From positions 60,001 through 92,000 of the forward strand of contig NZ_CP088239.1 of NCBI RefSeq assembly GCF_021054785.1: a DNA stretch of 32,000 nt, in the 5' to 3' direction. The translations under genes and the position numbers were made by a program. This DNA is from Tannockella kyphosi. Lineage in GTDB: Bacteria > Bacillota_I > Bacilli_A > Erysipelotrichales > Coprobacillaceae. The notes under the pieces were generated by a model. It saw only the letters and a program-made list of their open reading frames with translations. It was not told the origin of the DNA and made no database searches. Every line of letters starts with the position of its first letter. Position 1 is the first letter of the stretch. Shown piece after piece: positions 26,774-32,000 of this stretch.

Positions 26774-28621
26774 ATGAATAGAGTATTAGAAATAGTAAAA
26801 GCTTTACAAAAAGGAAATACTGTTCCTGAAAGTACCATTGGGGCATTAGATGCTATATGCCAGCTTTATCAATTTAATCGAGTTCGTACATTTTTAAGAA
26901 CAAAAAATAAAGAATATTTTATTCCTTTAGATGATGTTCGTTTATCTAAAAAACCAATCCTCCTTAACAGCGAAAATGGTATTGACTTTAATGACTCTTT
27001 TTATCGGAAAAAAGAACAACAAAATCATCGTATGCTAGCAAATCTATTAACATGTGAATTTATACATACAAAAGAGTTTTATCGTTATCAAGAAGATTTA
27101 GAATCTTTAGGTTATATTTCTTTAGAAGATGGAAATATAAAAGAAGCTATTATACGTTCTATTGTTTCTGATGAAACAGGTATTATGGGATTCTTTGTAT
27201 TTGAGAGATTTGATAATATGCCTCAACTTACAAATGATGAAGTAAATGAATTAAAAACGTTATGTGTGATTATTAATGATCGTATTGAGAATTTTGAAAC
27301 ACGTAAAAAATTAAAAGAAGAACAAAAACAAAATACAATTGATCCATTAACAGGATTACCAACATTAAAAGTATTTAAAGAAAATTTAGAACAATTAATG
27401 AAAATAAATAATAAGTATGTCATGATTTATTTAGATATCGATAAATTTAAGTATATTAATGAAATATGGTCTCATGAAACAGGAAATCATATTCTTCAAG
27501 AAATGGCTGCTGTTATTTCTTCATTTATCAAAAATAATGAACTATGTTGTCGTATTAATGATGATAAATATGCTTTATTTTTAGAATATCATGGAGATAT
27601 AAACTTACAAGAAAGAATTGATGATTTAGATACCAAATTCCGTTTCATGCAAAAAGCAATGTTTTCTCAAATAAAAATAACAATTATTGGTGGTGTTTAT
27701 GTTGTTCAACATGTTCAAAGTCCTAACTTAATAATTGATAAAGCAAACATAGCAAGACGTTGTGCAAAAGGAAACTATGACAATGCTTATGTTACTTATA
27801 ATCAAAATCTAGAAAGTTTAAGTGAAAGAGAACGTCAAATTGAAAACCGTAGTGCATTTGCATTAGAAAACAATGAATTTATACCTTTTTTACAACCTAA
27901 ATTTGATGTTGATACAAATGAAGTAGTAGGGGTAGAAGCATTAGCTAGATGGAAAGCAAAAGATCGTATGATATCTCCAGCTGAATTTGTTCCTGTATTT
28001 GAAAAAAATGGTTTTATTACAAAACTAGACTTTGTGATTTTCGAAGCAGTTTTCCAATTTATGAAGAAAATGTTAGATGAAGGATGTGAATTATATCCTA
28101 TCTCTTTAAATGTTTCTCGTGGTCATATTAGTGAAGGTGGTTTTAAGGAACGTTTCTTTGAACTAGTAGATAAATATCAAATTCCTCGTCAATATATTGA
28201 ATTAGAAATAACAGAAAGTGTTTTTATGGAAGATAAAGAGGTATTAACTTCTTTTATGAAAGAACTTCGTGAAGAAGGATTAATGATTTCCATTGATGAT
28301 TTTGGTACAGCTTATTCTTCATTAAACTTATTAAAAGATGTTGAAGTAGATGTAATTAAAATGGATAAAAGTTTTATAGATAATATTACTTCACAAAAAG
28401 AAGTAGATGAAGCAAATAAAGATAAAGTTGTGATTAAGAATATTATTAAAATGATTCAAGAATTAGATTTTGATATTATTTTTGAAGGTATCGAAACAGA
28501 TGAACAAATTGAATTCTTAAAAGAAATAGGTTGTAAATATGGCCAAGGATATGTTTTTGATCGACCATTACCACTAACTGTATTTCAGAATCGCTATTTA
28601 AAAGATAAAACAATACATTAA
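26774..28621 (+). CDS. c-di-GMP phosphodiesterase: unknown N-terminal domain, degenerate GGDEF, EAL
   Basis: The GGDEF position reads RINDDKY. EAL catalytic set is intact (EALARW, SLNVS, ELEITES, DDFGTAYSS, IKMDKSF, FEGIETDEQ, QGYVF). Confidence 0.85.
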   Translation: MNRVLEIVKALQKGNTVPESTIGALDAICQLYQFNRVRTFLRTKNKEYFIPLDDVRLSKKPILLNSENGIDFNDSFYRKKEQQNHRMLANLLTCEFIHTKEFYRYQEDLESLGYISLEDGNIKEAIIRSIVSDETGIMGFFVFERFDNMPQLTNDEVNELKTLCVIINDRIENFETRKKLKEEQKQNTIDPLTGLPTLKVFKENLEQLMKINNKYVMIYLDIDKFKYINEIWSHETGNHILQEMAAVISSFIKNNELCCRINDDKYALFLEYHGDINLQERIDDLDTKFRFMQKAMFSQIKITIIGGVYVVQHVQSPNLIIDKANIARRCAKGNYDNAYVTYNQNLESLSERERQIENRSAFALENNEFIPFLQPKFDVDTNEVVGVEALARWKAKDRMISPAEFVPVFEKNGFITKLDFVIFEAVFQFMKKMLDEGCELYPISLNVSRGHISEGGFKERFFELVDKYQIPRQYIELEITESVFMEDKEVLTSFMKELREEGLMISIDDFGTAYSSLNLLKDVEVDVIKMDKSFIDNITSQKEVDEANKDKVVIKNIIKMIQELDFDIIFEGIETDEQIEFLKEIGCKYGQGYVFDRPLPLTVFQNRYLKDKTIH

Positions 28622-28628
28622 TAAGATG

Positions 28629-28665
28629 CACCCATCATTTAGATATAAATGATGAGGTGTTTTTT
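28629..28665 (+). terminator. Rho-independent terminator
   Basis: cacc-catcattt/aaatgatg-(a)-ggtg hairpin followed by TTTTTT. Confidence 0.65.
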
Positions 28666-28701
28666 GTTAGAAATATATTTTAATGAATTTTAATAATATT
28701 G

Positions 28702-28730
28702 TTGCATAAAAATAATATTTATAATATACT
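28702..28730 (+). promoter_or_regulatory. Putative promoter of the 178-aa orphan gene
   Basis: TTGCAT, 17 nt, TATACT. Confidence 0.45.
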
Positions 28731-28798
28731 AAGAGTAGATAAGATACGTAAAGGTAAAGATATGTTTTGAAAGGGTCTTGTAAAAGGAGAGTGTTATT

Positions 28799-29335
28799 AT
28801 GAAACAAGATGGAAGAAAAAAATGTGATGTAAGTCTAAATGATTTAGAGTCAAAGAATCAAGTTTATTTTAGTAAAGAAATATTATATTTTGATTATTTT
28901 GAATATCATCAAGAAATAAGAATTCAAGATGTTCAACAAGTTACGTTATCTTTGGTAAGTAGAATTTATAATCATTCTGATTTATTAGTACAAAAGGGAG
29001 CTAGTCCAATAACATTAATGCAAGGATATACAAAGTTTCCTTCTATGAAATATTATTTTGATATCGATATCCTTACAAATAATCAAACTATTTTATTAGA
29101 AAGTAATGATCTGATTGATTCTATACCTTTTATCTTTGCTTTAACAAAAGTAGTAAAAGATATAAATGATCCATTAAACTTATTAGAATGGATTCCAAAA
29201 TATCAAAACAATGAACAATCTAGAACTAAATTAGATAACTATTTAACAAAAGAATTCCCTCGACTAGCAAAGAAGTTTCATCTAGAAAATCCTAGAATGG
29301 ATAAGGAAGTATTAAAAGATACATTAGATAATTAA
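28799..29335 (+). CDS. Hypothetical 178-aa protein
   Basis: AAGGAGAG RBS, with its own promoter and terminator. No recognisable domain. Confidence 0.45.
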   Translation: MKQDGRKKCDVSLNDLESKNQVYFSKEILYFDYFEYHQEIRIQDVQQVTLSLVSRIYNHSDLLVQKGASPITLMQGYTKFPSMKYYFDIDILTNNQTILLESNDLIDSIPFIFALTKVVKDINDPLNLLEWIPKYQNNEQSRTKLDNYLTKEFPRLAKKFHLENPRMDKEVLKDTLDN

Positions 29336-29402
29336 ATATCAATATATGGGAATATATTCATGAAATAGAAGTCAAGAAATTAGATAAGTAATCCCTTAAA
29401 GC

Positions 29403-29441
29403 AAAAACAAATCTTGTATCATCAAGATTTGTTTTTGTTTT
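29403..29441 (+). terminator. Rho-independent terminator
   Basis: aaaaacaaatcttg-tatcat-caagatttgttttt, perfect 14-bp stem followed by a T-run. Confidence 0.75.
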
Positions 29442-29565
29442 CTAGTTCCAACTCAAATTTACAAGGAGAGATATTTTCATAATTAGTGATTTTTATTTAC
29501 TGTTTGGTTAGAGAGGAGTATAATTTACGTATGAATGTATTAATTTTAGATAAGGGGAGAGAACA

Positions 29566-32000
29566 ATGAAAATAAAGTTTAAGATAGTTTTTATTTTAAT
29601 GATTGTTATTACATTCGTTGTAACATCTTTTCCTGTTTATGCAACCCAAGAAACTACGACAATTAAAGTCGGTTATACTTTGAATTATGGAACAGTAATA
29701 AGTTCTACTGTAAATACTCAAAAAGGATACGGATATGATTATCTTACTAAGATTTTTGATTATGTAGGAGATGAATATGAATTAGAATTTATATGTTGTG
29801 AATGGTCTGATGCAATGGATATGTTAACAACAGGAGAAATAGATATATTAGGGCCTATTACTAAGACGGATGTAGGAATGGAATCTTATTTATATACAGC
29901 ATCTGATTTTGGAGATAATGTTATTTTATTATCGACCCTTACTAGCAATGAATATCAGTATGCGAATTATGATGATATTAATGATAGTGTGATAGCTGTT
30001 CAAAACAACAATCCTAATGAATATTTATTATATGAGTTTTTAGATGAATATGATTTAGAAGCAAATATTGTTTATTTTGATGATAATGATTATGAAAAAG
30101 TAATGCAGGAAAATGATTATGATTTTTGTTTATGTTCTTCATTACAAACAATGGATAGTTTATCTCCTGTTGCTAAATTAGGGACTACAAGTTTCTATTA
30201 TGTAACGGATATTAATAATACAGAATTAATGGATTTAATAGATGATGGAATGACTGAAATAGAACAAAAAGAATATTTGTTTCAAGAAAAATTATATTTA
30301 GAATATTATGATTACTCTTTGTTATCTGCTAATTATGTTACCAATGAAGAATATGCATTGTTGCAAGAAAAAGAAATGTATTATATTGGTGTAGAAAATT
30401 TTGATAGTCCTATTTGTTATAAAGATGAAAATGGTGATTTTCAAGGAATTTCTATTGATGGATTATCACTGATAATGGATCAAGCAGATGTTCCATATAC
30501 GATAGTAGAAATAACACAAGAAACATCGAGTGAAGAATATGATAATTTGGACTTTTATTTACTAGCGAATGATGAAAGTCTTGGAATGATTGCGAGTGAT
30601 ACGTATTATTCTTTATCCATGGTATTAATAGAACCATTTTCTAATGAAAATGCTGAATTTAATACAATCGGTACAGTGGATTACTTAGGTATTGATGAAA
30701 CTAATTTACCTTATGAGTGTGTTGGAGAAACAGTCCTAACTTTTACAAATGTAACAGATATGATTGATAGTTATAATGATGGAGAAATTGATAGTTTTAT
30801 TTTAACGAGTGCTTCATTAAATTTATTTCGAAATGAAATAGCTTCTTTGGATTTTATAAGTACTACTATTTATAAAAAACTAGATTTAGTTTTGATGTTT
30901 CCAGAAGATTATTCAGATGATTTAATTGATATTTTTAATAAAGTTATTGGACAGATAGATACTACTCAATTAGATACATCACTATTGTTTCATTCTACGG
31001 AAGAATCAAATGATACGTTGTTAGATTATTTAGAAGATAATCCTTGGGTTGCTAATATAGCTATTGTTTCTATACTTCTTTTTATTGCTTTATCAGAATA
31101 TGGTCGTAGAAAAACATTAAAGAAAGTATTAGAATATGATGAACTGACAGGTCTTTATTCAAAGCATAAATTTATTAAAGAGGCTAAAAAGATTCTTGCT
31201 AAAGGAGAAAATAATCTTTATACGATTGTTACTATTGATATTGATAATTTTAAATATATTAATGAATTATATGGATATGAAACAGGTTCTAAAGTTATTC
31301 AAATTTTAGGGAAATGTATAAAGGAAGATGCTGGTCATGCATTGTTATTTGCTAGACACGAAGCAGATAAGTTTATCTTATTGCTAAGGAATGATGATGA
31401 GAATCATGAATTAAGTTTTACTTTGAAGAATAATGATAAATTGATGAAGATGTTTCATCCTTATATTGGAGATACCTATACGATTACTTTTAGTATTGGA
31501 GCATATCTTATTGAAAATACAGAGGATAATTTAGATTTTATGATTGATTGTGCAAATATTGCACGTAATTTAGGAAAAGAAGCTGTTGATGCAACGATTC
31601 ATGTGTTTTCAAAAGAAATGGATGTTCATCGAATTAAGATAAATGAAATTGTTGCTTCTATGAAGCAAGCAATAGTAAATGAAGAATTTATTTTGCAGTA
31701 TCAACCAAAGGTTGATATGAATTCAAGGGTTATTGTTGGTGGGGAAGCATTGGTGAGATGGAAAAAAGGAGGGGATCTAATACCTCCGAATGATTTTATT
31801 AGTATCTTTGAAAAGAATGGGTTTATTGAAACATTAGATTATTATGTGTTAAGTAAAACTTGTGAATTTATTAAAAGTAATCCATTTGTACCAAAAATAT
31901 CTGTTAATATATCAGCTGTTACCATTATTAAAAAACAAGCTGTTAAAAATATTATGGATACGATTGATAATTATGCTATTCCTTATTATAAAATTGATAT
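29566..32000 (+). CDS. Partial (3' end outside the window): signal peptide, two SBP_bac_3-like periplasmic domains, TM segment, degenerate GGDEF, EAL
   Basis: Not in the ORF track. My hand translation from the ATG at 29566 (GGGGAGAG RBS) found no stop through 32000. TIKVGYTLNYG..GEIDILGPI and YYIGVENFDSPICYKDENGDFQGISIDG are SBP-like. TM segment NIAIVSILLFIAL. The GGDEF position reads RHEADKF. EAL domain begins QYQPKVD..GGEALVRW..ISVNIS. Confidence 0.8.
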   Translation, partial: MKIKFKIVFILMIVITFVVTSFPVYATQETTTIKVGYTLNYGTVISSTVNTQKGYGYDYLTKIFDYVGDEYELEFICCEWSDAMDMLTTGEIDILGPITKTDVGMESYLYTASDFGDNVILLSTLTSNEYQYANYDDINDSVIAVQNNNPNEYLLYEFLDEYDLEANIVYFDDNDYEKVMQENDYDFCLCSSLQTMDSLSPVAKLGTTSFYYVTDINNTELMDLIDDGMTEIEQKEYLFQEKLYLEYYDYSLLSANYVTNEEYALLQEKEMYYIGVENFDSPICYKDENGDFQGISIDGLSLIMDQADVPYTIVEITQETSSEEYDNLDFYLLANDESLGMIASDTYYSLSMVLIEPFSNENAEFNTIGTVDYLGIDETNLPYECVGETVLTFTNVTDMIDSYNDGEIDSFILTSASLNLFRNEIASLDFISTTIYKKLDLVLMFPEDYSDDLIDIFNKVIGQIDTTQLDTSLLFHSTEESNDTLLDYLEDNPWVANIAIVSILLFIALSEYGRRKTLKKVLEYDELTGLYSKHKFIKEAKKILAKGENNLYTIVTIDIDNFKYINELYGYETGSKVIQILGKCIKEDAGHALLFARHEADKFILLLRNDDENHELSFTLKNNDKLMKMFHPYIGDTYTITFSIGAYLIENTEDNLDFMIDCANIARNLGKEAVDATIHVFSKEMDVHRIKINEIVASMKQAIVNEEFILQYQPKVDMNSRVIVGGEALVRWKKGGDLIPPNDFISIFEKNGFIETLDYYVLSKTCEFIKSNPFVPKISVNISAVTIIKKQAVKNIMDTIDNYAIPYYKID

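Noticed and set aside
28799-29335. Possible PilZ domain in the 178-aa orphan (DVSLND resembles D/NxSxxG)
   Set aside because: No RxxxR motif lies upstream, the final Gly is missing, and the spacing is wrong. The by-eye match is too weak to call.

Overview
About 30% GC; gene content and synteny point to a low-GC Bacillota chromosome, possibly Erysipelotrichia/Clostridia-like, but this cannot be confirmed without a search. The window is mostly core chromosome. It carries asnB, deoD, alr preceded by a ydcC-like gene (as in B. subtilis), galE, a hisC-like aminotransferase, a GH1 6-phospho-beta-glucosidase, a split chrA pair with a LysR regulator, an ABC-2 exporter, a GNAT, and an 11-gene tRNA operon containing three identical tandem tRNA-Gly(UCC).

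I found no CRISPR array, transposase, integrase, rRNA or recognisable canonical defence gene.

Regions worth a second look:
- A 691-aa single ORF fuses a complete RimK-type ATP-grasp ligase to a complete FolC-type Mur ligase. It lies directly behind an orphan thiol-redox trio (CxCC mini-protein, CxxC thioredoxin-like protein, LMW-PTP ArsC) driven by a promoter with a perfect 9-bp inverted-repeat operator. The window holds no ArsR and no arsenite pump.
- A terminator-insulated 1.3-kb cassette has an XRE repressor and a mini ImmA/IrrE protease facing a two-gene unit (62-aa 2-TM protein plus 108-aa orphan). The shared control region has TTGCG/CGCAA operators.
- Two separate SPFH systems are present: a YdjI/YdjG/YdjH-type operon (SPFH, Zn-ribbon, TPM) without pspA, and an orphan-NfeD-stomatin operon.
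- A c-di-GMP cluster has two proteins with degenerate GGDEF and intact EAL domains flanking a 178-aa orphan. The second protein (29566 to beyond 32000) is missing from the ORF track because it runs off the window.

All functional calls come from by-eye motif recognition. No database search was run.
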